Virus record (IMG/VR): IMGVR_UViG_3300016265_001297
Coordinates: 1-64,000 of that record
Source: a virus
Lineage: Duplodnaviria; Caudoviricetes
Length of the DNA: 64,000 bases
Direction: 5' to 3' (one strand)
The translations under genes were made by a program, and so were the position numbers. Positions 46,322 to 55,252 of the stretch are shown piece by piece. Numbering within the stretch: position 1 is the stretch's first letter; each line of letters opens with the position of its first letter. Under the pieces are notes generated by a model. It searched no databases, was not told where the DNA came from, and saw nothing but the letters and a program-made list of their open reading frames with translations.

Positions 46322-47809
46322 ATGGCAGTTACATTCGCTTCTCCAATAGACTTAGGAAAGCTTGAATTACAGAATGCCAGAATTCAAAACTTAGCTACTG
46401 CTCCTGCAAGTCCAGTAGAAGGTCAGATTTATTACAACACTACTGACGATAATCTATATGTTTACGCTGACAGTAGTTGGGTAGATTTAACCTCTCAAGG
46501 CGTTACATATTCAGCAGGAACAGGATTAAGTTTAGCAAGCACTACTTTTTCAGTTAATTATGGTACTACTTCTGGAACAGCAGCCGAAGGTAACGATGCT
46601 CGGCTAAGTGACTCTAGAACTCCAACAGGAAATGCTGGCGGAGATTTAACTGGTACTTATCCTAACCCTACAATCGGTTCTGGAAAAGTAACTAGCGATC
46701 ATATCGCTAATGGCGCAATTGTAAATGAAGACATTAACTCTTCTGCTGCAATTGCACTAAGCAAGCTAGCTACTGACCCTCTTGCTAGGGCAAACCACAC
46801 TGGAACTCAGACAGCTTCAACTATTTCTGATTTTGATACTCAGGTAAGGACAAACCGCCTAGATCAGATGGCGGCACCTACCGCTTCTGTAAGCCTTAAC
46901 TCTCAAAAGATTACTGGTCTTGCAGATGGTACTAGTGCTGGCGATGCAGTCAATAAAGGACAGCTAGATGCTGCTCAGAATGGCCTAGATGTAAAGGCTT
47001 CTGTTAAGGCTGCAACAACTGGTTCAAATATTACTATTTCAACAGCGCTAAACTCTGGCGATACTCTCGATGGAATTAGCTTATCAAATGGTGATAGGGT
47101 ACTAGTAAAAGATCAGACAGACAAAACAGAAAACGGTATTTGGGTAGTTGGCTCAACTCCTGAACGAGCTGGTGATGCTAACGCCGCTGGTGAGCTTTCT
47201 GGAGGCTCTTTCGTATTTGTCGAAGAAGGAACAGCTAACGCTGACACTGGTTGGGTAATTACTACAAATGGCTCAATTACTCCCGGCACAACCGCTCATG
47301 ACTGGGCTGTATTTTCAAGAGCCGGAGAACTAGTTGCTGGCGACGGTCTTACTAAGACTGGCGCTACACTAGCTGTTGATTCAACAGTTGCAAGAAGGAA
47401 TGCCGCTAACCAGTTTACTGACACTGTTTCAGCCTCACATGCTAGCTCTGCAGCATTTAAAGTTGATACTGGTCACGGTACTGGCGCAGCTTTTGACGCT
47501 AACTCAGAAGGCAAAATTATTAATGTTGTTGACCCGACTAACGCTCAAGATGCAGCTACTAAAGCGTATGTTGATGCTCAAGTTGGAGCAGGCACCTACA
47601 AGACTAACATTGGTAATGGTTCTGCCACAGAAATTACTGTAACTCACAACCTCGGAACACGCGATGTTATGGTTGAAGTAATCACAAATTCTGGCAACTA
47701 TGATACAATTATTTGTGAAGTTCAAAGGACTTCAACAAGCGCTGTTAAGCTAGTGTTTGGTGTTGCTCCTACAACTGATCAATATAGGGTACTAGTAAGG
47801 ACAGTATAA
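46322..47809 (+). CDS. head/neck fibre-like structural protein
   Basis: DAVNKGQLD, GLDVKASVKAATT...GDRVLVKDQT..ENGIW, DAATKAYVD, C-terminal THNLG. Confidence 0.7.
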   Translation: MAVTFASPIDLGKLELQNARIQNLATAPASPVEGQIYYNTTDDNLYVYADSSWVDLTSQGVTYSAGTGLSLASTTFSVNYGTTSGTAAEGNDARLSDSRTPTGNAGGDLTGTYPNPTIGSGKVTSDHIANGAIVNEDINSSAAIALSKLATDPLARANHTGTQTASTISDFDTQVRTNRLDQMAAPTASVSLNSQKITGLADGTSAGDAVNKGQLDAAQNGLDVKASVKAATTGSNITISTALNSGDTLDGISLSNGDRVLVKDQTDKTENGIWVVGSTPERAGDANAAGELSGGSFVFVEEGTANADTGWVITTNGSITPGTTAHDWAVFSRAGELVAGDGLTKTGATLAVDSTVARRNAANQFTDTVSASHASSAAFKVDTGHGTGAAFDANSEGKIINVVDPTNAQDAATKAYVDAQVGAGTYKTNIGNGSATEITVTHNLGTRDVMVEVITNSGNYDTIICEVQRTSTSAVKLVFGVAPTTDQYRVLVRTV

Positions 47810-47810
47810 T

Positions 47811-48545
47811 ATGACAAAATATCTCGGCCCCAAAGTAGCAGGAACAGCTTTATCTACACAAGATGATGTTAATTCATTGATTCAAGCTTCTGCAACTCCG
47901 CCATCTTCTCCTTCAACTGGAGATTTGTGGTTGGACTCTGACAATGGCAGCTTGTACATTTATTATGATTCATCTTGGATTACTCCTGTTGCTGTTGGGG
48001 CGGGGATTAAAACTTCATCAGCACAAACTATTACTGGAACAAACACAGAAGGTAGCTCTAATAATTTGGCAAGAGCAGATCACAATCACGCAATAGGTTC
48101 TGGAGTTATTGGAACTTCTCAGCTTTCTTCAAGCGTTGGAAATTTTAGTGCTTGGACTTCTTATACTCCTACACTAACAGCCAGCACAACTAATCCAACT
48201 TTAGGAACTGGCTCTACTGCAGAAGGATTTTACTGTCAGATTGGCAAAAGCGTATTTTGGAGAGCTAATATAACTTTTGGAACAGCTTCTGTAAACGCTG
48301 GAAGTGGATTTTATTTTATTTCTTTGCCGGTTACAGCTAAAGCAGCAGGATTTTTAACCCCTATGGGTAGCTTTGTCGCAGAAGATGTTAGTACAGGAAC
48401 AAGATATATGGGCGCTGCTGCTTATGATAATACTACAAGAGTTGCTATGCAAAGAAACGCTGCTGGAGCATTTCAGGCAACTGACCCAATGACTTGGGCA
48501 GCATCTGATTATATTAGAATTCAAGGAGTTTACGAAGCAGCATAA
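47811..48545 (+). CDS. fibre/receptor-binding-like protein 1
   Basis: GDLWLDSDNG module plus WTSYTPTL...YCQIGK C-terminal domain. Confidence 0.65.
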   Translation: MTKYLGPKVAGTALSTQDDVNSLIQASATPPSSPSTGDLWLDSDNGSLYIYYDSSWITPVAVGAGIKTSSAQTITGTNTEGSSNNLARADHNHAIGSGVIGTSQLSSSVGNFSAWTSYTPTLTASTTNPTLGTGSTAEGFYCQIGKSVFWRANITFGTASVNAGSGFYFISLPVTAKAAGFLTPMGSFVAEDVSTGTRYMGAAAYDNTTRVAMQRNAAGAFQATDPMTWAASDYIRIQGVYEAA

Positions 48546-49405
48546 TGCCACTAGATTTTCCTAACAGCCCGACAGTAAATCAAGAGTTTACCGCTAATGG
48601 TGTTACTTGGAAATATGACGGAGTAGCTTGGAATATTGTTTCTGGCGGCTCTGGATTTAGAGTTTCTAGTGGAGCGCCATCTTCTCCTGCTCTTGGAGAT
48701 TTGTGGTATGAAAGTGATTCTGGAGAAATGTTTATTTATTATGATTCTCAATGGGTTTCTCCTGCTGTATTAGCTACTGTAGGGACTAGTGCTATTGGTA
48801 CTGCACAATTAGCTTCTAGCGCTGTTACTACAGCTAAGTTAGCCTCTAGTGCGGTCACTACTGAAAAATTAGCTCTAGGCCCAACATATGTAACATCTTT
48901 ACCATCTTCTGCTACCGTAGTTGATGGTCAAGAGATTTATTATGCGGCTAGCTCTGCTTCTTCAGTTATTTGGCATCTTAGGTATAGGTCTTCTAATAGC
49001 AGATGGGAATATCTTGGAGGGCCAAGATTAGAGTCACAAAACTTAGGCCAAGAAAGTGCTAGCAGAACTGGGAGTGCTTGGTTTTCTATGACTAGTGACC
49101 CGGCTTTAACCTTGCCAGAAAAAGGTAAATATATTATAACTTTAAGATTTACTCAGTTTACTACTAACGCTGGAGGCGGAAGGCATGTAGCATCATACAA
49201 AATTGATACTTCAGAAGCTGTTGAAGCAGACGGCTGTAGGGCTGACGCAGCTAATGCAACTATGTTGGCTTTTGGATACAAAGAAGAAGCTAAAACTTTT
49301 ACTTCAAAATCAACTTTAACTATGAGGTATCTAGTTTATGATACAGGAACTTATTATACTGGCAACAGGCTTTTAGCTGTTACCCCAGTATATCTTACTT
49401 ACTAA
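48545..49405 (+). CDS. fibre/receptor-binding-like protein 2
   Basis: MPLDFPNSP, GDLWYESD and DGQEIYY modules. Confidence 0.65.
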   Translation: MPLDFPNSPTVNQEFTANGVTWKYDGVAWNIVSGGSGFRVSSGAPSSPALGDLWYESDSGEMFIYYDSQWVSPAVLATVGTSAIGTAQLASSAVTTAKLASSAVTTEKLALGPTYVTSLPSSATVVDGQEIYYAASSASSVIWHLRYRSSNSRWEYLGGPRLESQNLGQESASRTGSAWFSMTSDPALTLPEKGKYIITLRFTQFTTNAGGGRHVASYKIDTSEAVEADGCRADAANATMLAFGYKEEAKTFTSKSTLTMRYLVYDTGTYYTGNRLLAVTPVYLTY

Positions 49406-49406
49406 T

Positions 49407-50057
49407 ATGACACTTAACTTTCCAGACAATCCCGTATTAAATCAAACTTATTCTTATGGAAGTATTATTTGGCGCTACGATGGAGAAAAATGGCGCGTAA
49501 CTGGTACTGCCTCTCAGCCTACTGTTCAAGTTTCAGCTACTATTCCTAGTAGCGGTTCTGCTTCTGTAGGTGACGCTTGGGTAGATTCTGATAATGGCGC
49601 ACTTTATATTTTTTATGATGGTTTTTGGGTTGCTCCTAATGTTAATTATGCAGTTGGCACTAGCGCGATTGGTACTTCTCAGATAGCAACTAGCGCTGTA
49701 ACAGATAGCAAAGTAGCTTCTCCAGAAAGCTGGTATGAAATTGGTGCAGCAGGCAATCCTGCTTTTACAAACAGTTGGGTAAATTATGGCGATGTATATA
49801 ATACAGCAGCATATTATAAAGATCATCAAAATAGAGTATTTTTAAAAGGCTTAATTAAATCTGGAACAAGAGGGTCTGCAGCTTTTACTTTACCAGTTGG
49901 CTATCGTCCAGTAAAAAATGAAATTTTTCCTAGTATGAGCAATGATCAAATAAGTAGAACAGATGTTACTAGTGCCGGAGCAGTAATACCAACTTCATTT
50001 TCTACAGGCTCTAACGCATATGTTTCTCTTGACGGAATAAGTTTTAGGGCCGTATAA
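49407..50057 (+). CDS. fibre/receptor-binding-like protein 3
   Basis: MTLNFPDNP and GDAWVDSD modules, FTLPVGYRP C-terminal domain. Confidence 0.65.
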   Translation: MTLNFPDNPVLNQTYSYGSIIWRYDGEKWRVTGTASQPTVQVSATIPSSGSASVGDAWVDSDNGALYIFYDGFWVAPNVNYAVGTSAIGTSQIATSAVTDSKVASPESWYEIGAAGNPAFTNSWVNYGDVYNTAAYYKDHQNRVFLKGLIKSGTRGSAAFTLPVGYRPVKNEIFPSMSNDQISRTDVTSAGAVIPTSFSTGSNAYVSLDGISFRAV

Positions 50058-50689
50058 TGCCGTTGGACTTTCCAAATAGCCCAAGTGTAGGAGCTAGTTA
50101 TTCTTCTTCTGGAATAACTTGGACTTATGATGGTGAAAAATGGAATATTGCTGCAAGTGGTGGACCTTCTTATGTTACCTCGCTTCCTGCCTCTCCAATT
50201 GACGGTCAAGAAATATATTATGGGGCTGACGCTACGAATGGCATTATTTGGCATTTAAGATATAGGTCTGCATCATCTAGCACCTATAAATGGGAATATA
50301 TTGGAGGGCCAAGCTTAACTAATTATGTGGTCACAGATCAAACAACTACAAGCAATTCAATTGTAGATTTAGCTACAGATGGGCCGTCCATAACTGTGCC
50401 GGTTAGCGGCGATTATGAAATTAATTTTTATGCAACAATATACAATGAAGGCGTTGGAAATAATACTGGAGGAAGAGTTTGGTTATTTATAAACGGAAGC
50501 CAAAGCTCGCCATACATTGAATATCTTAGCGCTGGTGATGCCTATAGTCCTTATTCGTTAGCTCAATCTACTAGAAAAGAAATTTCTGGAAACAAAATAG
50601 TAAAATTAAGATATAATAACCGTGGCGGTAGTGGGCTAGCGCATTTTATTGATAGAGGTCTTGTTGTTAAGCCAATTAGAGTAGGATAA
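50057..50689 (+). CDS. fibre/receptor-binding-like protein 4
   Basis: MPLDFPNSP and DGQEIYY modules. Confidence 0.65.
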   Translation: MPLDFPNSPSVGASYSSSGITWTYDGEKWNIAASGGPSYVTSLPASPIDGQEIYYGADATNGIIWHLRYRSASSSTYKWEYIGGPSLTNYVVTDQTTTSNSIVDLATDGPSITVPVSGDYEINFYATIYNEGVGNNTGGRVWLFINGSQSSPYIEYLSAGDAYSPYSLAQSTRKEISGNKIVKLRYNNRGGSGLAHFIDRGLVVKPIRVG

Positions 50690-50690
50690 A

Positions 50691-50972
50691 ATGCCTTTAT
50701 ATCCATCAAATAATCTTTTTCCATCAAATAATATTTATGCAAGCATGATCGTTGCTGGATTTGATTTTGACGCTGCAATAAACTATAATAATGTAAGGGC
50801 TTCCAACAAGAAAATTTCATTGTTGAGTAAGCTAGAGGATACAAAAGTTTCATTGTTGAGTAACCTAGAAAACACAGGCATCGCAGTACAGAAAACAGAA
50901 AAAGGTATAGACTCTTCTCCCGAAGGCTCTCGTCTATCTTTAAACAAGCCAAGAGGTAATAAGATTAAATGA
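50691..50972 (+). CDS. small hypothetical protein with an 11-aa tandem repeat
   Basis: KISLLSKLEDT/KVSLLSNLENT. Confidence 0.4.
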   Translation: MPLYPSNNLFPSNNIYASMIVAGFDFDAAINYNNVRASNKKISLLSKLEDTKVSLLSNLENTGIAVQKTEKGIDSSPEGSRLSLNKPRGNKIK

Positions 50973-51820
50973 GTGAAGACCCGATAATTATTTATCTTAA
51001 CAATACTGGTCAGCCTTTTAATGATCAAATTAAGATAGGCACAAAACCATTTGAAATTCCTGCTGGGGCTGCTGTATCATTTAAAATGCGTTACGCTACT
51101 AGCTCTGCTGTAAAAGTTGATTCTGGAGCAGATATTGTTGACGCTGTAAAAGGCAAAGTGTCTTATGAATGGGGCGCAACTGACCTAGATACTGCTGGCG
51201 AATATTTTGGTTGGTGGGAAATTGTAGCTGGTCTTGAAGTTGTAGAAAGTGAAGAATTTTCTATTATTGTAGCAAAACATTCTCCCGGTTTAAGAACTAC
51301 TACTGGAGCAATTTATAGGGCGGCTAGATCATTTTTGCCTTCAACATGGGTTGCTTTAGAAAATTCTCCTACATACGGAGATTCTTTATTGCAAGATAAA
51401 GTTGATTATGTAAAAATGCATGTATTAGGCAGCGCGGTTCCAGTAGAGCAAGAAGAAAACTTAGATATTAGAGTAATAGAATTTTTGGCAAAGAATGTAG
51501 CGGTTAAAGTAATCCCTGCAGGAATAGATTATTGGTTAGATCAAAAAGTTTCAGTAAGGATAGAAACTGCGGCTGCAGCACAAGAAATTTATGATTATGA
51601 AGATCGCGCAAAATCTTTAATGGATTTATATGAAAAGCTTTTAAAAGAAATTTCCGAAGAAGAAAGAGACATTATGGATATATTAGATACTCCATTAACT
51701 CGTAGAGAAAATTCAATAGCTTCTTATGCGGAAGGTCAAGATGAAGGATTTGTTACTCCTTCTCCAGTATTAAACTTTAGACCTTATCATTTTCCTCCTT
51801 CCAGATGGGATAGGTGGTAA
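50969..51820 (+). CDS. BppU-like Ig domain fused to probable head-tail adaptor
   Basis: GKVSYEWGATDLDTAGEYFGWWEI N-domain, helical C-domain, position before tail genes. Confidence 0.55.
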   Translation: MSEDPIIIYLNNTGQPFNDQIKIGTKPFEIPAGAAVSFKMRYATSSAVKVDSGADIVDAVKGKVSYEWGATDLDTAGEYFGWWEIVAGLEVVESEEFSIIVAKHSPGLRTTTGAIYRAARSFLPSTWVALENSPTYGDSLLQDKVDYVKMHVLGSAVPVEQEENLDIRVIEFLAKNVAVKVIPAGIDYWLDQKVSVRIETAAAAQEIYDYEDRAKSLMDLYEKLLKEISEEERDIMDILDTPLTRRENSIASYAEGQDEGFVTPSPVLNFRPYHFPPSRWDRW

Positions 51821-52411
51821 ATGACTGATTTAATAACCGCTAGGGGATTTGGCCTAGAAATTATTGAAAGAGAAGTTCATGTTATTCTTTTTGAACAATT
51901 AAATAATGAATTAGATGTTCAAGAAGAGCTTTGGTATGAAAATGATGAAGAGTTTAGCGAAAAAGTTTCTATTGATTTAACCAAGACTTTTTTAGAACAT
52001 TTTCCGCCAGAAAATTTTTATTCTGGACACAGGCCATCTTTGCTAAAAGGCGGAGCAGAAAATTTTCCTAATATATGTGTTATGTGCTACGCAGCAATTC
52101 CAGTTGAAGATGTTGACCAAACTCAAAATTGGCTAGTAGATATTGATATTGAAGTTATGGTTAAATCAGAAATAGGAGAAGAAGATGCTAACAGAAAAAT
52201 TCATAGAACTGTAGAAGCTGTTAACCAAGTAATGTTTAGAAACGAATCTTTAAACGGTTATTCTATTGGCTATACTGGCGACCCTGATGTAATTATTACC
52301 AATATTTTCTATCAGAATGAAGAAGTTAGTCATGGCAAAGAATGGTGGTGGATGGGCGCTAGAATAGGATATAATATTATTAGACACTCAAAATTGCCGC
52401 TAGGAGCATAA
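51821..52411 (+). CDS. tail terminator / head-tail joining protein
   Basis: FPNICV...DIEVMV...RTVEAVNQV pattern, directly upstream of the tail tube gene. Confidence 0.55.
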   Translation: MTDLITARGFGLEIIEREVHVILFEQLNNELDVQEELWYENDEEFSEKVSIDLTKTFLEHFPPENFYSGHRPSLLKGGAENFPNICVMCYAAIPVEDVDQTQNWLVDIDIEVMVKSEIGEEDANRKIHRTVEAVNQVMFRNESLNGYSIGYTGDPDVIITNIFYQNEEVSHGKEWWWMGARIGYNIIRHSKLPLGA

Positions 52412-52466
52412 TGGTAGATTTTTCGAAAATTTTTAAAAGTTTTAGCGAAGAAAAAATCGCTAAAAG

Positions 52467-52482
52467 TGATTCATATGAATCA
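52467..52482. promoter_or_regulatory. perfect 16-bp palindrome upstream of the major tail gene
   Basis: TGATTCATATGAATCA. Confidence 0.5.
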
Positions 52483-52530
52483 TATTATCATAACAAACCT
52501 ACTCTTATTATCAAGGGGGTGAAATAGCAT

Positions 52531-53163
52531 ATGGCAAACGATTTCCACAGAGTTGACCCGGTAGGTGGCTGGAACTTTGTTCGTGGTGCTGCTAGGCTTC
52601 TAGTTGCAGACAAGGACGCAGCCTTCCCTTCCCAAATCAGCGATATTGTTGTATTGTCTTCTGGCGCTACTCAGTATAACGCTACATCAGCATGGACTGA
52701 TCTAGGCGCTACTAAGACTGGTATTGCTATCAGCAACAACCACTCAGAAGAAACCTTCGATGTTGATCAGGTTTATGGTGACATTGATTCTCAGCCTACA
52801 AACTGGGAGTACAATGTTCAGACAGCATTGGCAGAAATGACCCTAGAAAGCCTCAAATTGGCTTGGGAAGGTTCTGATATTACAACTAACAACAGCCCAA
52901 CAGTCCCTGAGAGGACTATTGGTTTCGGCAACCCTGACGAGTATGTAGTCCGTCGCCTAGCGGTTCTATATAAGAGCGCAGAGGATTACATTCGGGCATT
53001 TGTTTTCAGGCGAGTGCAGCTTGCTCCAGTAGAGTCAACCGCCACCTTCAACAAGACTGGTGAGCAGATTTCTCTACCTGTACAGTTTAAGTCATTCCCT
53101 GACTTCGCAGTTGCTGACCCATACAAGAGGAACTATGTTGTAATCGAGCAGGTTCCGGCATAA
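52531..53163 (+). CDS. major tail (tube) protein
   Basis: WTDLGATKTGI...FDVDQ...VQTALAEMTLESL; strong terminator follows. Confidence 0.8.
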   Translation: MANDFHRVDPVGGWNFVRGAARLLVADKDAAFPSQISDIVVLSSGATQYNATSAWTDLGATKTGIAISNNHSEETFDVDQVYGDIDSQPTNWEYNVQTALAEMTLESLKLAWEGSDITTNNSPTVPERTIGFGNPDEYVVRRLAVLYKSAEDYIRAFVFRRVQLAPVESTATFNKTGEQISLPVQFKSFPDFAVADPYKRNYVVIEQVPA

Positions 53164-53200
53164 GCATTAACATATGCTATTGCCTTCGGGATTTAAAGAG

Positions 53201-53226
53201 AGCGGGGGAAACCCCGCTTTCTTTTT
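53201..53226 (+). terminator. intrinsic terminator
   Basis: AGCGGGG-GAAA-CCCCGCT then TTCTTTTT. Confidence 0.9.
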
Positions 53227-53250
53227 GCTTTCTTAATGTATAATTAATTT

Positions 53251-54162
53251 ATGGCAAGAAAAAGAAGAAAAAGAAGCAAGACTGGTATCGTTAAAGATTC
53301 ACAAGGAAGGTGGCGATATGCAGATACAGGCAAGTTTGCGCCTTCTCCACAAGCTGTTGCCGCACAAAATAGAAAGAAAAAAGATAAAAAGGGAAATATA
53401 TCTGAAAGCAGGCCGCAAATAGCTTATGAAAGGCAAATGATAGGAGGCTTAAAAGATATTGGGCTTTCTGGAGGATCTAGCAGAAGAAAATTAGAACGGT
53501 CTAAAAAGCGTTCGGAATCAGCAAAAAGAGGTTGGGAGACAAGAAGGATAAGAGAAGCTGCAGAAAGAGCGGCTGCCGAAAGAAGGTCAGAATCTGCCAG
53601 AAAAGGTTGGGAAACAAGAAGGCAAAAAGAAAAAATAAAAGTTCAAAAAAAGTTTGAAGCAGCAGAAAAAGGCAAAAGAACAAAAGCAGCTAATCAAGCA
53701 GCAAAGGAAATAGCTGGCAAAGCTAAAGGCTCTTCGTTAGGAACTACTAGGCCCGGAACAAATAAATATCAAAATATCTTAAAAAGGTTTGCTGAAAAAG
53801 TTGCGGCATTTGGTCAAAGAACTATGGAAGAAGAGGCTCCGGTTATGGATGGAAATTTGCAAAGCAGTATAACCTCTACTGTAGAAAAAACATCATATGG
53901 ATATAGTGTTTCTGTTTATCCAAATATTTATTATGCGGAATGGGTAAATTATGGAACTGACCCGTATGGAACTGTAAATGCTGATTATATGGAATTTATT
54001 TGGAAGCAAAGAGGAAATATTTATGTTAAAACTACTGAGGTTAGTGGACAAATGGCAAACCCATTTATTGACAGAACAGAGGCAGCTACGCAGGCTTATG
54101 TCGCGTCACAGGAAGCAGACTTAGCAGATCAAATAGAGTTAGCTTTTAGAACTGGAACATAA
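53251..54162 (+). CDS. HK97 gp10-like tail completion protein with long basic N-terminal extension
   Basis: APVMDGNLQSSI...YAEWVNYGT...QMANPF; N-terminal SAKRGWETRR and SARKGWETRR. Confidence 0.75.
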   Translation: MARKRRKRSKTGIVKDSQGRWRYADTGKFAPSPQAVAAQNRKKKDKKGNISESRPQIAYERQMIGGLKDIGLSGGSSRRKLERSKKRSESAKRGWETRRIREAAERAAAERRSESARKGWETRRQKEKIKVQKKFEAAEKGKRTKAANQAAKEIAGKAKGSSLGTTRPGTNKYQNILKRFAEKVAAFGQRTMEEEAPVMDGNLQSSITSTVEKTSYGYSVSVYPNIYYAEWVNYGTDPYGTVNADYMEFIWKQRGNIYVKTTEVSGQMANPFIDRTEAATQAYVASQEADLADQIELAFRTGT

Positions 54163-54227
54163 TATAAAAATAGTGTAAAATATGTTTATATAGTTTAAAC
54201 TAATGCCTGAAAACAAAGGAGGGCAAA

Positions 54228-54884
54228 TTGACAATTACTGACTTAACCGACGAAAGCAAGCAAGAAGAAACCGAAGAAGTATCTTCTAAAGAAGCAGAAG
54301 ATATTAAGAAAGAACTTGCTGCTAAAGAAAAAGAGCTTGACGAGCAGATTAAGGTTTTTGAGCCTATTGCTCTAGTAGTTGAGCGCGAAATTACCCATCC
54401 AGACGGAACTAAAAAAGTTTTTATCCAGAAGGAATTTAGCTTCATGACTAAAATTAGGTTTTTGAGGCTTCTATCTGGAACCGTTAGGCTTGCTGCAGAA
54501 GCTGGAGGCACTAGTGTTGCTGGTGTTATTCAAGACACTTTTGGTGATATGCAAGACCTACTTAATCAAGGAATTGATGTTAACAATGCCGACGAGATTA
54601 TGGCTAATCAGTTTATCTCAGTAGTTTTGAGACTAGTAGAATTGGCTCCAGATTTCTTGGAAGAACTATTCTTGATTGCACTAGATGTTCCTAAGAAGGA
54701 AGACGAAATTAAATGGGCGCTAGAGGCTTTCGATACGCTAGACGATGAAGAGGGTTTTGCAATCCTAGATACAATCGTTGCACAAAACAGCAAGGCGATC
54801 AAAGATTTTTTTACGGAGCGGATAGCGAATACAGCCCGGAGGGGAAGTCAGGAGTTGAACTTGGATTTGAAACCTACGGACTAG
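54228..54884 (+). CDS. tail assembly chaperone (G)
   Basis: Position between tail completion and tape measure genes; slippery site near the 3' end. Confidence 0.75.
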   Translation: MTITDLTDESKQEETEEVSSKEAEDIKKELAAKEKELDEQIKVFEPIALVVEREITHPDGTKKVFIQKEFSFMTKIRFLRLLSGTVRLAAEAGGTSVAGVIQDTFGDMQDLLNQGIDVNNADEIMANQFISVVLRLVELAPDFLEELFLIALDVPKKEDEIKWALEAFDTLDDEEGFAILDTIVAQNSKAIKDFFTERIANTARRGSQELNLDLKPTD

Positions 54885-55252
54885 GAGTTAGAGATTACAA
54901 CATTGTGGAAACAGTAGAAGCATTTTGCGCCGCTCATAATGAACCAGTAGATACTGTAATTTATGAGTGGCCTGCTTCTAAATTTGAGGCATTAAACAAA
55001 GCATTTCAAAAACGAGCATTAGCAGATGCTCTAAATGAAAAAAGAAGTTTAGAAATTGCTTCTTTGTATGCTAATGGAAATTTCGAAAATTCAGAACAAA
55101 TGGAAAGCGCAATAAAATCAATTGGCTCAATGTATGGCAAAAGTATTGCCTCCCTTTATGGCGCTTTTGATATGGCTAGTGCTGATGAACAAGAAGAGTT
55201 TGACATTGATATGGAAGACCCATTCTTTGCAGCAATGAAGCTTGGTGAATAA
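54806..55252 (+). CDS. tail assembly chaperone frameshift extension (GT) via -1 slip at T TTT TTT
   Basis: gaT TTT TTT at 54806-54812 in phase; the -1 frame is open from 54812 into ORF 54905-55252. Confidence 0.8.
   Translation, partial: FFYGADSEYSPEGKSGVELGFETYGLGVRDYNIVETVEAFCAAHNEPVDTVIYEWPASKFEALNKAFQKRALADALNEKRSLEIASLYANGNFENSEQMESAIKSIGSMYGKSIASLYGAFDMASADEQEEFDIDMEDPFFAAMKLGE

Noticed and set aside
48880-50320. Diversity-generating retroelement template/variable repeats
   Set aside because: The paralogous DGQEIYY segments differ at all base types and by indels, not only at adenines, and no reverse transcriptase is in the window.
50812-50870. 33-bp tandem duplication as a regulatory repeat
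   Set aside because: It lies in frame in ORF 50691 with synonymous/conservative changes, so it is best explained as a protein repeat.
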